From: Candidatus Doudnabacteria bacterium
GTDB taxonomy: Bacteria > Patescibacteriota > Doudnabacteria > UBA920
Assembly (NCBI GenBank): GCA_016788665.1
Contig: JAEUSF010000001.1
Coordinates: 1-46,221, forward strand
Direction of reading: 5' to 3'
Length of the DNA: 46,221 nt
In this document: positions 7,806-18,180 of the stretch, one piece after another
Position numbering within the stretch: the stretch's first letter is position 1
Layout: every line of letters begins with the position of its first letter
Made by a program: the position numbers and the translations under genes
Notes under the pieces: generated by a model
The model's database searches: none
What the model was told of the DNA's origin: nothing
The model's input: the letters and a program-made list of their open reading frames with translations, nothing else

Positions 7806-10800
7806 TTATTTCTTTTTCTCTCTTTTCTTTTTTTCCTTCATTTCTTCTTCCTCAAACAAACTTAGGTCAGGAACCGTTACCGCCTGTTTGTTGTCAAAAG
7901 GCGTAACTATAACAGGTTCTTCCGAGGCGGAAGTAACCGTACCATCGGGACCCAGCAATTCTACATCTAAACACAATGATTGAAGCTCTTTTACCAAAAC
8001 CCTAAACGACTCCGGCACATTTGGTTTCTTTATAGGCTCGCCTTTTACAATGGCTTCGTATGTCTTACTCCTACCAACAACATCGTCAGACTTTATAGTA
8101 AGCATTTCTTGCAGAGTATTAGCTGCCCCATAACCTTCCAATGCCCATACTTCCATTTCTCCAAAACGCTGCCCACCAAACTGAGCCTTACCACCAAGAG
8201 GCTGTTGGGTAATAAGCGAGTACGGACCCGTGCTTCTTGCATGCATTTTGTCGTCAACCAAATGGTGAAGCTTCATCATGTATGCCACTCCCACGGTTGT
8301 TTTTTCATCGAAAGATTCGCCGGTCTTGCCGTCAAACAGCTGCACTTTACCATCGGTTGGAATACCAGCCTTTTCAAGCTCCTGTTTAATTATTTCTTCT
8401 GTTATACCATCTAAAACTGGAGTTGCCACCTTATATCCTAAACGTCTAGCGGCCATACCCAAATGAGTCTCCAATATTTGTCCAAGGTTCATACGACTAA
8501 CAACACCAAGCGGATTTAAAATTACATCCACAGATGTACCGTCTTCCATAAAAGGCATGTCTTCGACCGGAATTACACGAGAAATAACACCCTTATTACC
8601 GTGTCTTCCAGCCATTTTGTCACCCACCTGAACTTTTCTTAATACAGCCACTGAAACCTGAATGGAGCGAATAACGCCTGAAGGCAATTTGTCACCCGCA
8701 TCGCGCCTAAACTCTCTTATGTTTACAACTTTCCCGTATTCTCCATGAGGCAGAGTTAAAGAAGTGTCTTTAACATCACGCGACTTTTCACCAAAAATCA
8801 CACGCAAAAGTTTTTCTTCTGCGGTTAAGTCAGTCTCTCCCTTAGGTGTAATTTTACCCACCAAAATATCTCCAGCCTTAACCTGAGCACCAATACGTAT
8901 CACACCGTTTTCATCCAAATCCTTTAACTTTTCTTCACCTACATTAGGAATATCACGGGTAATTTGCTCAGCACCCAATTTTGTATCTCTAACATCTATT
9001 TTAAAATCATCTATGTGGATGGAAGAATATAAATCTCTTTGCACAACGCGTTCTGAAAGCAAGATAGCGTCTTCGTAGTTACCACCTTCCCAAGACATAA
9101 ATGCCACCAAAACATTTTGTCCCAAAGCCAACTCACCATTTTCCGTAGAAGCTCCATCGGCCAAAATGTCTCCTTTTTTTACTCTTTGGCCTTTTGCTAC
9201 TCTCGGCACCTGGTTTATGGCCGTTGCGGAGTTAGTACGAACAAACTTCAAAAGCCTGTATTCCTTTTTCTTACCAGCATCGTTTACAACAGCGATTTTT
9301 TCACCTGTAACAGAAGTTACATCGCCGTCTTCTTCAGAAATAACCACAGTACCGCTGTCACGTGCTGCTTTTTCTTCCATACCAGTTCCCACTACGGGTG
9401 AGGAAGGTCTTATTGTGGAAACCGCCTGACGTTGCATGTTACTACCCATAAGAGCACGGTTCGCGTCATCGTGCTCCAAAAACGGAATTAAAGAAGTAGT
9501 AACAGAGATTATCTGTTTTGGAGAAACATCCACACAGTCAATATCGTCAGTAAAGCCTACCGAAGGCACGCTGCGAATACGTACGCTCGAACGAGGCTCG
9601 ATAAAATAACCATTTTCATCGGTTTCTATTCCGGCCTGAGCAATGGTCAATTGTTCTTCTTCAAAAGCATCTAAATAATCTATTTTATCGGTCAATCTCG
9701 ACTTAATTCGTAGCTCAACTACTTCCTCATTTTTAGCCAACTCCTTTGCATGCGATGCGGAAATTTTTTCTCCTGCCGCAACCACAACATTACCATCCTT
9801 ACCCTTTAAGTCAAAGATGGCAATCTCATCAACCGCGTCCTTACCGTCATTTTTTGCAAACTTTCTTACCATACGATAAGGAGTTTCCAAAAAACCAAAA
9901 TCGTTCATACGAGCATAGGTAGCCATGTGAGCCACCAAGCCAATGTTAGGACCTTCTGGAGTAGTAATAGGACAAAGTCTTCCGTAATGAGAACGATGTA
10001 CATCACGAACTTCAAAACCAGCACGTTCTCTAGAAAGACCTCCAGGACCCATAGCAGACAACCTGCGTTTATGCTCTAGCTCTGAAAGCGGATTTGTCTG
10101 GTCCATAAACTGAGACAACTGAGAAGAAGAGAAAAATTCTTGCATAGTTGCAACGATCGGACGCACATGGATTAACTGTGCCGGAGTAACAGTTTCCACA
10201 TCGGCCAAAGACATCCTGTCTTTTGCAATGCGAGCCATACGCGCCAAACCTACTCTGAATCTTGTTTGTATAAGCTCTCCCACAGCCCTTACGCGCCTGT
10301 TAGAAAGATGGTCGATATCATCAGGAGCTTCTTGGGTATTGTTTAAACGTATAACTTCCTTTACAACAGCAACCAAGTCTTCCAAAGTTAAAAGACCTTC
10401 ATTTTTTCTGTCAGATATATTTAACCTTTGGTTTAACTTATATCGTCCTACAGGAGACAAGTCATATCTTTCAGCCAAAAAGAACATTCCAGAAATAAGC
10501 GAACGAGCATTGTCTACCGTTGCTAAATCTCCAGGGCGAATTCTTTTATAAACTTCTTTAAAACCTTCGTCAGCATTAGTCGAAACATCTTTTTCCAAAG
10601 TGTTCTGAATATATTTTATATCCGGATCAGTATCTGTATCTTTGAACGCTTCCAAAATTTCGTCATTAGACGAGAGCCCAAAAACGCGCATAAGAGCTGT
10701 TATTGGAATACGGCGCTTTCTGTCTATTTTGACTCCAATGACCCCGGCAGCGTCGGTATCTAACTCGAGCCATGCTCCACGGTTAGGAATTATTTTTGCA

Positions 10801-11303
10801 CCATAAAAATTCTTGCCGCGCTGAAAGTCTGCACTAAAAAACGCACCAGGCGACTTTATAAGCTGCGAAACAACAACACGTTCAACACCATTTATTATAA
10901 AAGTACCTCTGGGTGTCATAACCGGAAAATCACCAAAGTATACATCTTGAGTTTTATTCTTTCCGCTTATTTTATTTATAAGCTTAGCCGAAACATACAA
11001 AGGCGCTTCGTAAGAGGTATTCCTCTCTCTGGCAGTAAACTCGTCATGCTTAGGCTTGTCAAAAAAATATTCTCCAAACTGTAACTCAAAAGTCTTGCCG
11101 GTAAAATCTTTTATTGGATTTATTTCACCAAGCAACTCCTTTATACCTTTTTCCAAAAACCACTTATAAGAGTTAAGCTGAACCTCTATTAAGTTAGGCA
11201 GAAGCTTAACTTCATGCCTTTTGGTAAAAAACTTTCGCGGCTTATGAGCTTCTTTGGTCTGCTCATACAAACTGAGGGCTGGGCTTTCGGTCTTTTTGGA
11301 CAT
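7806..11303 (-). CDS. rpoB: DNA-directed RNA polymerase subunit beta
   Basis: Conserved blocks RFGEMEVWALEGYGAA and GRHGNKGVISR. The start at the ATG 11303 (MSKKTESPALS) is preferred over the ORF-track start at 11387. The protein ends in a Lys/Glu-rich tail. Confidence 0.97.
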   Translation of the reverse strand: MSKKTESPALSLYEQTKEAHKPRKFFTKRHEVKLLPNLIEVQLNSYKWFLEKGIKELLGEINPIKDFTGKTFELQFGEYFFDKPKHDEFTARERNTSYEAPLYVSAKLINKISGKNKTQDVYFGDFPVMTPRGTFIINGVERVVVSQLIKSPGAFFSADFQRGKNFYGAKIIPNRGAWLELDTDAAGVIGVKIDRKRRIPITALMRVFGLSSNDEILEAFKDTDTDPDIKYIQNTLEKDVSTNADEGFKEVYKRIRPGDLATVDNARSLISGMFFLAERYDLSPVGRYKLNQRLNISDRKNEGLLTLEDLVAVVKEVIRLNNTQEAPDDIDHLSNRRVRAVGELIQTRFRVGLARMARIAKDRMSLADVETVTPAQLIHVRPIVATMQEFFSSSQLSQFMDQTNPLSELEHKRRLSAMGPGGLSRERAGFEVRDVHRSHYGRLCPITTPEGPNIGLVAHMATYARMNDFGFLETPYRMVRKFAKNDGKDAVDEIAIFDLKGKDGNVVVAAGEKISASHAKELAKNEEVVELRIKSRLTDKIDYLDAFEEEQLTIAQAGIETDENGYFIEPRSSVRIRSVPSVGFTDDIDCVDVSPKQIISVTTSLIPFLEHDDANRALMGSNMQRQAVSTIRPSSPVVGTGMEEKAARDSGTVVISEEDGDVTSVTGEKIAVVNDAGKKKEYRLLKFVRTNSATAINQVPRVAKGQRVKKGDILADGASTENGELALGQNVLVAFMSWEGGNYEDAILLSERVVQRDLYSSIHIDDFKIDVRDTKLGAEQITRDIPNVGEEKLKDLDENGVIRIGAQVKAGDILVGKITPKGETDLTAEEKLLRVIFGEKSRDVKDTSLTLPHGEYGKVVNIREFRRDAGDKLPSGVIRSIQVSVAVLRKVQVGDKMAGRHGNKGVISRVIPVEDMPFMEDGTSVDVILNPLGVVSRMNLGQILETHLGMAARRLGYKVATPVLDGITEEIIKQELEKAGIPTDGKVQLFDGKTGESFDEKTTVGVAYMMKLHHLVDDKMHARSTGPYSLITQQPLGGKAQFGGQRFGEMEVWALEGYGAANTLQEMLTIKSDDVVGRSKTYEAIVKGEPIKKPNVPESFRVLVKELQSLCLDVELLGPDGTVTSASEEPVIVTPFDNKQAVTVPDLSLFEEEEMKEKKKREKKK

Positions 11304-11555
11304 ATTGTGTTCGCTTTCTTCCTCTTTACTTAAAAATGAGGATATCTCAATAAAAAATACGCAAAAATTTACCTTTTTTGACGACATTCAAAAAAGGCCA
11401 ATAAATACGGCTTATTTATTCACTAAATTTTGCATGAAGGGGTGTTCCCCGTCAAATTTAATTGTGTTAAGTGCTTTTTTACGCCCAAAGCGGGTCAAAA
11501 ACACTAAATTTCACAAATACTTCGTTCCCCAATTCGTGATGATATTTGTACTTTT

Positions 11556-11583
11556 ATAATAGCACTGGTAAATAGTTTGTCAA
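11556..11583 (-). promoter_or_regulatory. candidate rpoB promoter TTGACA-16-TATTAT
   Basis: Reverse complement of TGTCAA at 11578-11583 and of ATAATA at 11556-11561. It implies a leader of about 250 nt. Confidence 0.4.
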
Positions 11584-11704
11584 GTTTCTTTAATACACAC
11601 TTTACCGCTAATATAAGCCTTTTTATGTACCGAAGTTGACTAGATACTAATTTTATGTCGTAATAATAGAGTTATTCGGTGTTTTATTGTATAATTTACT
11701 CATT

Positions 11705-12640
11705 ATGGAAAAAATTATAGACGTAGAAAACCTAAAGAAAACGTTTACTAATGGGCGTCAAAAAACGCAAGCAATTAAAGGAATGTCTTTTTTTGTAAAT
11801 AAAGGAGAAATTTTTGGGCTGCTGGGGCCGAATGGGGCCGGAAAAACTACGACTTTGGAAATAATAGAGGGTCTTAAAAAACAAACAGAAGGCACCGTAA
11901 AAGTTTTGGGCTTTGACAACCTCACACAAGCCGAAGAAATCAAAAAACATATCGGTGTCCAACTACAATCCAGTGATTACCTCCCCTATCTAACCTTGGT
12001 TGAATTACTAAATTTATTCGCTTCTTTATACAAAGGCAGTGCAAAACCTAACGATCACATAACTTTACTAAAATCTGTTAATTTAGAAAAAAAGCAAAAT
12101 GAACAAGTAAAAAACCTCTCTGGTGGACAAAAGCAAAGGTTCACCATAGCAACCTCGTTAGTACATAACCCTAAAGTTCTATTTTTAGATGAACCAACCA
12201 CCGGCTTAGACCCAAGCGCCAGAAGAGATTTATGGAAACTAATTAAATACCTAAACGAACAAGGCATTACTATAGTTTTAACCACCCACTACATGGAAGA
12301 GGCGGAATATTTATGCTCTCGAGTTGCCATTATGGATCAAGGCCAAATTTTAGAAACAGACGAACCAAAAAACCTTATAGACAAAATCAGCAAAACCACC
12401 CAGATATCCTTTTTAACTAATAGCCCCTTAAACGAAAATATTTTTAAAAACTTACCCGAAATCGAAAAAATTTACACACACCTGCCAAAAATAATTATAG
12501 AAATAAAATCCTTAGATCATATAAGTACCGTTATAGATATATTAAAAAATAACAAAGTGGAATTTTCAGGCTTTACAGTTAAAACCGCAAGCCTGGAAGA
12601 TGTGTACCTAGACCTAACGGGAAAAGAATATCAACAATAA
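11705..12640 (+). CDS. ABC transporter ATP-binding protein (ABC-2 exporter type)
   Basis: Walker A GPNGAGKTT, signature LSGGQKQR and Walker B LFLDEPTTGLD. The ATG at 11705 is preferred over the TTG at 11687. TATAAT at 11690-11695 would make the mRNA nearly leaderless. Confidence 0.93.
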   Translation: MEKIIDVENLKKTFTNGRQKTQAIKGMSFFVNKGEIFGLLGPNGAGKTTTLEIIEGLKKQTEGTVKVLGFDNLTQAEEIKKHIGVQLQSSDYLPYLTLVELLNLFASLYKGSAKPNDHITLLKSVNLEKKQNEQVKNLSGGQKQRFTIATSLVHNPKVLFLDEPTTGLDPSARRDLWKLIKYLNEQGITIVLTTHYMEEAEYLCSRVAIMDQGQILETDEPKNLIDKISKTTQISFLTNSPLNENIFKNLPEIEKIYTHLPKIIIEIKSLDHISTVIDILKNNKVEFSGFTVKTASLEDVYLDLTGKEYQQ

Positions 12641-12661
12641 ATTCCAAATTTCAAATATCAA
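12641..12661. repeat. heptamer array ATTCCAA ATTTCAA ATATCAA
   Basis: Period-7 repeats immediately after the stop codon of the ABC ATPase gene. They contain a 17-mer (12646-12662) that is identical to the reverse complement of 28479-28495 inside polA. Confidence 0.8.
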
Positions 12662-12716
12662 AACCTGTCTTTGCTAATAAAATTTAATTTTTAAAGCGCT
12701 TATTATTTATTTGAAA

Positions 12717-12744
12717 TCTTAATTCAATTTTCAAAATTCATTCA
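12717..12744. repeat. heptamer array abutting the permease start codon
   Basis: TCTTAAT TCAATTT TCAAAAT TCATTCA followed by the ATG at 12745. Re-phased it reads AATTCAA TTTTCAA AATTCAT, the same unit type as upstream of rpoC. Confidence 0.75.
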
Positions 12745-13485
12745 ATGCCTTCTTTCTTTCAATTATTTATCGCCAATCTCAAAATAATATACCGCAACCG
12801 AAGCGGAGTGTTTTGGACATTAGCCGTACCATTGGGCATATATGTTGCGCTAGCCGCGCTGCCTCTGCCAAAAACGGGCGAGGGTTTATTGTATAAAAAT
12901 TTTGCACTGCCAGGTGTAATTGCTTATGTAATTATGCAAGCTGGTATATACACGCTGGCTTATTGGATGGTGGACCTGAAGGGACGCGGAGTAATAAAAA
13001 GATTTTTAGCGACTCCTATAAAAACCAGCCATCTGGTTTCTGCTTTAATTTTAGCCCGCTTAAGCGTAATAGTTGCCCAAGCCACACTAATAACCTTTGT
13101 GGGACTCGTGTTCTTTGAAGCGGCTTTTATGGGCAATATTTTATCTACGCTTATACTCATAATCCTTGGTGGGGGCATATTTTTATGCATTGGTCTTCTA
13201 ATCTCCCATTTCTCCAACTCGTACGAAACCGCAGCGCCTTTAACCGCATCTTTAGGCATGCCAATGGCTTTTTTAGGTAATTTATTTTTTCCGGTGGAAC
13301 TGCTACCAAACACTCTTCAAATAGTTTCAAAAATTTTGCCCATAACTTACCTAGCCGAAGGCCTAAGACAAGCCTATCTTTATCCTTTTAACTTCGAGTC
13401 CATAAGCAAAAGCATACTTGTACTTACTATATGGCTAGGGTGCTTACTGGCGCTAACGATAAAAATTTTCAAACTGAAAGAATAA
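12745..13485 (+). CDS. ABC-2 type transporter permease
   Basis: 246-aa ORF with about 6 hydrophobic segments, downstream of the ABC ATPase gene. Confidence 0.85.
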   Translation: MPSFFQLFIANLKIIYRNRSGVFWTLAVPLGIYVALAALPLPKTGEGLLYKNFALPGVIAYVIMQAGIYTLAYWMVDLKGRGVIKRFLATPIKTSHLVSALILARLSVIVAQATLITFVGLVFFEAAFMGNILSTLILIILGGGIFLCIGLLISHFSNSYETAAPLTASLGMPMAFLGNLFFPVELLPNTLQIVSKILPITYLAEGLRQAYLYPFNFESISKSILVLTIWLGCLLALTIKIFKLKE

Positions 13486-13497
13486 AATTTAATATTT

Positions 13498-13531
13498 AAA
13501 AACACCCTGTTATTTATTCAGGGTGTTTTTA
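13498..13531. terminator. bidirectional terminator
   Basis: Stem AACACCCTG/CAGGGTGTT flanked by an A-run and a T-run. It overlaps the 3' end of the convergent tsaB-like ORF. Confidence 0.65.
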
Positions 13532-13812
13532 ACTTTTATAGGTACATTCCATGCCAAGCCTAGGCCTTGTGCGACAGCCGTACCTATCCTCAAGCCCGTA
13601 AAGGAACCGCCTCCCTTATAAACTATTATGTTTCTGATTTCAGATTCGGGATTCTTGATTTTTGAACTTTTTAAAAATTCTTCCAATTTTTCCAGAATGT
13701 ACCCGCTCTCGTGAGGCTTAACAAAAAATTCTTGCTGAGCATGCGTTTGTTTTTTTTCTACTAAACCAAGTTTTACTTTTCCATACTCAGCTGTATTTAT
13801 ATGTAAATCCAT
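13510..13812 (-). CDS. tsaB: short TsaB/YeaZ-like protein (N-terminal domain only, 100 aa)
   Basis: The motif YKGGGSFTGLRIGTAVAQGLGLAWNVP matches the GPGSFTGLRIG block of TsaB. Confidence 0.7.
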   Translation of the reverse strand: MDLHINTAEYGKVKLGLVEKKQTHAQQEFFVKPHESGYILEKLEEFLKSSKIKNPESEIRNIIVYKGGGSFTGLRIGTAVAQGLGLAWNVPIKVKNTLNK

Positions 13813-13827
13813 AAAATGTTTATTTAC

Positions 13828-15150
13828 TTAAATAATCTCGGTATTTTTTAACACATCCTTTACCACAACTACATCGTCCCACTCTACACGCTTATTGCCT
13901 GGCAAAATTAAAAATTGTTCACTGCCCTTACCGGTAATTAAAAGTATGTCGTTAGCTTTTGCCATTTTTATAGCATCGGTAATTGCGTACCTACGGTCCA
14001 AATGTTTTATGACCTGCTTTGCTTTTAGAGCATCGCCATTAACCTGCCTTACCCCTTCCTCGATGTCTTCCGCAATCTTTTCTGGATCACTTTCATAGAC
14101 ATCGTCATTTGTAATGACAATCACATCGGCTAGTTGAGCTGAAATCTGTCCAAATAAAAAACGCTTTTGAATATCACGGTGACCGCCCGTCGAACCAAAC
14201 ACGTGAATAATCCGGTTATGAGGCATTGCATTTACTGCGCCCAAAGCCGCCCTAATAGAAACTGGCTCGCAGCCATAGTCAACAAATATTTTAAAGCCTT
14301 TTTCATTTTTTACTTCTTCCATTCGGCCCCGGATTCCAATAAAATTGCTTAACACCTTAGATGAAAATTCCAAACCCACACCTAACTTATGCGCCGCCAC
14401 CACAGCCAACAAAGCATTGTACAAATTAAATTCTCCTGGCAATTTGACCTCAAAATTTACGTCATTTAAAACAAAACCTCCGCTTATTTGTTTAGCATTA
14501 TAAACAGCAACCGGCTTTTCTGAAACAAACTTATTAAAACCTGCTGCGATTTTATGTTTTGCCTCGAACCCCAAAAACCATTCAGCATTTTCATCGTCTG
14601 AATTTACCAAACTAATTTGCATACCCCTCGGACTTAAAGCGGAAAAAAGCTTGCCTTTTGCTGACCGATAACCTAAAAATCCACCATGCGCCTCCAAATG
14701 AGCTTGCGACAAATTTGTAAGCACCACAACGTCGAACTTAATACCCAAATGCCTATTCTGCATAAGCCCTTCGGAAGTACACTCTACAACGGCAAACTGG
14801 CAGCCGTTCTCTACAATCTGTTTAAGTTGCTTCTGCAATAGCCACCCACCAGGCATAGAAAGTCCGTGCCGATTTATAAGCTCATTGTCCCCGTCAAAAA
14901 AACTCACAGTTGTAACAAACCCACACTTATACTTGTCGCCACCCTCTTGTTTATTGGTATTGTTTAAAATATGTGCGAGTATTTGCACAGTTGTCGACTT
15001 ACCGGCCGTACCAGTAACCCCCACTACTTTAAGTTTTAAACTAGGCCGACCAAAATACCAGCTTGCAATATAAGCGACACAGCCGTGGTAAAGCGGCCTT
15101 AAAAATTTAAACAAATTAGCGGGAATAATTTTTTTAATTAAATTCTTCAT
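13828..15150 (-). CDS. Mur ligase family protein (MurE-like UDP-N-acetylmuramoyl-tripeptide synthetase)
   Basis: P-loop VVGVTGTAGKSTT, central-domain and C-terminal blocks DYGCEP and ITGKGSEQ. Confidence 0.85.
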   Translation of the reverse strand: MKNLIKKIIPANLFKFLRPLYHGCVAYIASWYFGRPSLKLKVVGVTGTAGKSTTVQILAHILNNTNKQEGGDKYKCGFVTTVSFFDGDNELINRHGLSMPGGWLLQKQLKQIVENGCQFAVVECTSEGLMQNRHLGIKFDVVVLTNLSQAHLEAHGGFLGYRSAKGKLFSALSPRGMQISLVNSDDENAEWFLGFEAKHKIAAGFNKFVSEKPVAVYNAKQISGGFVLNDVNFEVKLPGEFNLYNALLAVVAAHKLGVGLEFSSKVLSNFIGIRGRMEEVKNEKGFKIFVDYGCEPVSIRAALGAVNAMPHNRIIHVFGSTGGHRDIQKRFLFGQISAQLADVIVITNDDVYESDPEKIAEDIEEGVRQVNGDALKAKQVIKHLDRRYAITDAIKMAKANDILLITGKGSEQFLILPGNKRVEWDDVVVVKDVLKNTEII

Positions 15151-15214
15151 TTGACTTATTATACAGAAAAATCAAAATATCGTATAATTAACAAAAGCAA
15201 ACTCCTGAAACAAA

Positions 15215-15550
15215 ATGCAAAATTTTCCTTTAAATATTTTAAGCTTACCTGTTTGGTGGTATAGCATAGGACTAAAAATTGCTCTAAAAAATGCTGAGCA
15301 GAATTTTAGCTTTGGTGTAAAAAAAAGCGGAATAATTTTATTTGCCCGCCATATAGGAGAACCCTTGTATGGCGACTACACCCGAACCGGCAGAATAGTC
15401 AGCTTCTTTTTACGCTTAGCACTAACCTTCTTTAAACTAGCTTCCATTTCGCTACGAGGAATGATTATTTTAATTTTTCTCTTGAGCTATCTTGTAATTT
15501 TGCCTTTTTCTATACTAATACTAGTTTGGCAATTTTTGCCCGCAAAATAA
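15215..15550 (+). CDS. small integral membrane protein
   Basis: 111 aa with hydrophobic segments. Its TAA stop is directly followed by the ATG of the next gene (TAAATG), which suggests translational coupling. Confidence 0.6.
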   Translation: MQNFPLNILSLPVWWYSIGLKIALKNAEQNFSFGVKKSGIILFARHIGEPLYGDYTRTGRIVSFFLRLALTFFKLASISLRGMIILIFLLSYLVILPFSILILVWQFLPAK

Positions 15551-18166
15551 ATGTCAATAAACATTTCAAAAAATAAAACTCCTTGGGGCACGCCTAATGA
15601 CTTTGAAGGTATTAATTTAAATTTTTCTGCCGCATACAACCTTTCGTCCATAAATAATTTTTATCAAGCTTTAAAAATTGAACAGTACTCTCGTTTTACT
15701 CTTTGGAGTTTGGTATTTATTGGGATTACCGCACTTTTATTTCAGCTTATTTTAAGTTTTTATAATCAAGACTGGTCTTTCTTTTTTGTTCCTCAGCTAC
15801 TAAATATTCCAACTGCTCTTGCCCTTTTCTCTTCGCTGTACCTATGGGCAAAACAAAAAGAGCAACAAGCTAAAGATCATTCTCTCAACTTGTTATACTT
15901 AAATCCTGTGTGGCAAATAGAAAATTCCCGCAAGAATACCGCGACGGTAGATATATTTGAAATTTTTAATCTCCAAGCAAAACTGGCTTGGCAAAAAGCC
16001 TCAGAACTTTCCCTACAGGAAAACCTTTCAGTGCCTTCTTTAAACCATATCCTTTCCTGCCTACTCGAATCCCTGGATTTGAAGGAGGCTTGTTTACGTT
16101 TAGGAATAAATTCAAAAGATTTAATAAAATTTATAAATAAAAATCCTACTATCTCTTCACGCACACCAGAACTTCCTTTTATAAGTTTTGAAATCGCCCT
16201 AAAACTTCACAACAAATCCATAGACCCTCTTATGCTATTTTGCGCCTGTGTAAAAATTTTAGAAGAAAACAGCGCACTCTCGAAACTTTTCACCAAACTT
16301 GAAATTAGCCAGGAGAAATGGGAAGCGGTTTCAGCCTGGATTTTTACCTTAAGAATTTTGCAAGATGACATACGTTTGTTTAAGAAGCTTTCCAAATTAA
16401 AACCCACCGGAGATATGAACGTAGGGCTAACAGCAGTTCCAACCCCTTTTCTTGACCGCTTCAGTACCGACCTTACATGGCAAGCTAGATTGGGCAGGCT
16501 GCCAATTTCAGTAGGCCGACATGAAGATTTAGAAGAACTTTTTCAACTGTTTGCACAAAATAACAAGTATATCCTTATAAAAGGAGAAGAAGGCACAGGT
16601 CGCAGTGCTTTAGTAAACGAACTGGCCTTTAAAATGGAAACCGAACAAGTTCCTGCTTCGCTGCAGGATAAGCGCCTAGTACGCTTGGAAATTTCAGGCA
16701 TTTTAGGCAACCCTCAAAAAAGCGAGGTAATATTAGAAGAGCTTTTAAACGAAGCTGCAAAATCTGGCAACATTGTTCTTGTGGTGGAAGACATAGAACA
16801 AATGTCCAAGGCGAGAACAATCTCCGGACTTAGCCTACTGGAACTTTTTACAGACTCACTGCAAAGTCTGTCTTTACAAGCAATTGTCACGTGTGACCCG
16901 GAAGCTTATGTTGACTTCCTGCAAAAAACACCCAACTTCACCCAAATTTTTACCGAACATGAGTTAAAGACTCTAACACCTGACCAAATTCTTTTAGCGG
17001 CCTGTGTAAAAGCAAGCCTAATTGAAAGCCATCATAATTGCATATTTTTATTTCAAGCAATAGAAAAATCTATTGCTTTAAGCAACGAACTCTTGCGCGG
17101 GGTTGGTCAACCGCAAAAAGCCGTTCAACTACTTACAGAAACCGCCAGCAAATCTAAATCTAAAAACAAAGAACCCATACTCATAACTGCTGAAGAGATT
17201 GAGAAAATAATTAGCGACAAAACACACATCCCGCAAAATACAATAAACGGTGATGAAGCTCAAAAACTACTTACTCTGGAAGTAGTTTTAAGTCAAAGCA
17301 TAATTGGCCAAACCCAGGCAATAAAAGCTGTGTGCGAAAGTTTAAAAAGAGCGCGAAGTGGCCTAGCCTCCGACACACGTCCACTCGCTTCCTTCCTTTT
17401 CCTCGGACCCACCGGTGTTGGTAAAACAGAAGTTGCCAAAACCTTAGCCCGCGAATACTTTGGCAAAGAAGAATTTTTACTAAGGTTAGACATGTCAGAA
17501 TTCGCAGGTGGAGACGCTATGTACAAACTACTTGGCGCTAAAGGTGAGGAATTTGACCCTCCCCTCATAAAACATTTAAAAAATTATCCCTACTGCCTTC
17601 TCCTATTAGACGAGTTTGAAAAAGCGCGTACAGAAATCCATAACCTATTTTTACAAATTTTAGACGATGGCAGATTAACAACAGCCAAAGGCGAGCTAAT
17701 TAGCCTAAGCCATTGTCTAATTATCGCAACTTCAAATGCAGGAACAAAAAATATTCAAGATGGGTTTAAGTCCGGCAAAAATTTAGAAGAAATAAAAACC
17801 GAGCTTTTCCAGAACGCTTTGTTAAAAACTTTTGCCCCGGAACTTTTAAACCGCTTTGACTCAACCGTAGTATTCAGCCCACTTTCACCCCAAGACACAA
17901 AGGCAATAGCCAGACTACAACTTAAGGACTTGCAAAAGAAATTGGATGCCAAAGGAATTAAAATAACATTTACTGAAAATGTTATTGAGGACATTGCAAA
18001 AAATGCTTTTGACCCCCTTTTGGGAGGAAGACCCGTACGTCGCTATATTCAAGATCATGTTGAGAACTTTATAGCGGACCTACTATTAAACAAAAAGTTA
18101 AACAAGGGCCATAAGGGCTCTATAGATATAACAGAAGACGGTTTCAAACTAAAAAGCCAACCATAG
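15551..18166 (+). CDS. membrane-anchored ClpA/B/C-family AAA+ ATPase with a degenerate first nucleotide-binding domain
   Basis: Two N-terminal hydrophobic helices and a Clp_N-like region. In D1, Walker A reads GEEGTGRS (Lys to Arg) and Walker B reads VLVVEDIEQ. D2 is canonical: GPTGVGKTE and LLLLDEFEKA. Confidence 0.85.
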   Translation: MSINISKNKTPWGTPNDFEGINLNFSAAYNLSSINNFYQALKIEQYSRFTLWSLVFIGITALLFQLILSFYNQDWSFFFVPQLLNIPTALALFSSLYLWAKQKEQQAKDHSLNLLYLNPVWQIENSRKNTATVDIFEIFNLQAKLAWQKASELSLQENLSVPSLNHILSCLLESLDLKEACLRLGINSKDLIKFINKNPTISSRTPELPFISFEIALKLHNKSIDPLMLFCACVKILEENSALSKLFTKLEISQEKWEAVSAWIFTLRILQDDIRLFKKLSKLKPTGDMNVGLTAVPTPFLDRFSTDLTWQARLGRLPISVGRHEDLEELFQLFAQNNKYILIKGEEGTGRSALVNELAFKMETEQVPASLQDKRLVRLEISGILGNPQKSEVILEELLNEAAKSGNIVLVVEDIEQMSKARTISGLSLLELFTDSLQSLSLQAIVTCDPEAYVDFLQKTPNFTQIFTEHELKTLTPDQILLAACVKASLIESHHNCIFLFQAIEKSIALSNELLRGVGQPQKAVQLLTETASKSKSKNKEPILITAEEIEKIISDKTHIPQNTINGDEAQKLLTLEVVLSQSIIGQTQAIKAVCESLKRARSGLASDTRPLASFLFLGPTGVGKTEVAKTLAREYFGKEEFLLRLDMSEFAGGDAMYKLLGAKGEEFDPPLIKHLKNYPYCLLLLDEFEKARTEIHNLFLQILDDGRLTTAKGELISLSHCLIIATSNAGTKNIQDGFKSGKNLEEIKTELFQNALLKTFAPELLNRFDSTVVFSPLSPQDTKAIARLQLKDLQKKLDAKGIKITFTENVIEDIAKNAFDPLLGGRPVRRYIQDHVENFIADLLLNKKLNKGHKGSIDITEDGFKLKSQP

Positions 18167-18180
18167 ACGGTTGGCTTTTT
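18155..18180 (+). terminator. rho-independent terminator
   Basis: Stem AGCCAACC/GGTTGGCT followed by TTTTT. It overlaps the stop codon. Confidence 0.65.

Noticed and set aside
3975-11559. Numerous 60-170-aa ORFs antisense to or out of frame within rpoC and rpoB, and similar ones within valS, uvrB, polA, the clp-like gene, pilB, dnaA and others
   Set aside because: They lie entirely inside long conserved genes and have no independent signals. These are shadow ORFs.
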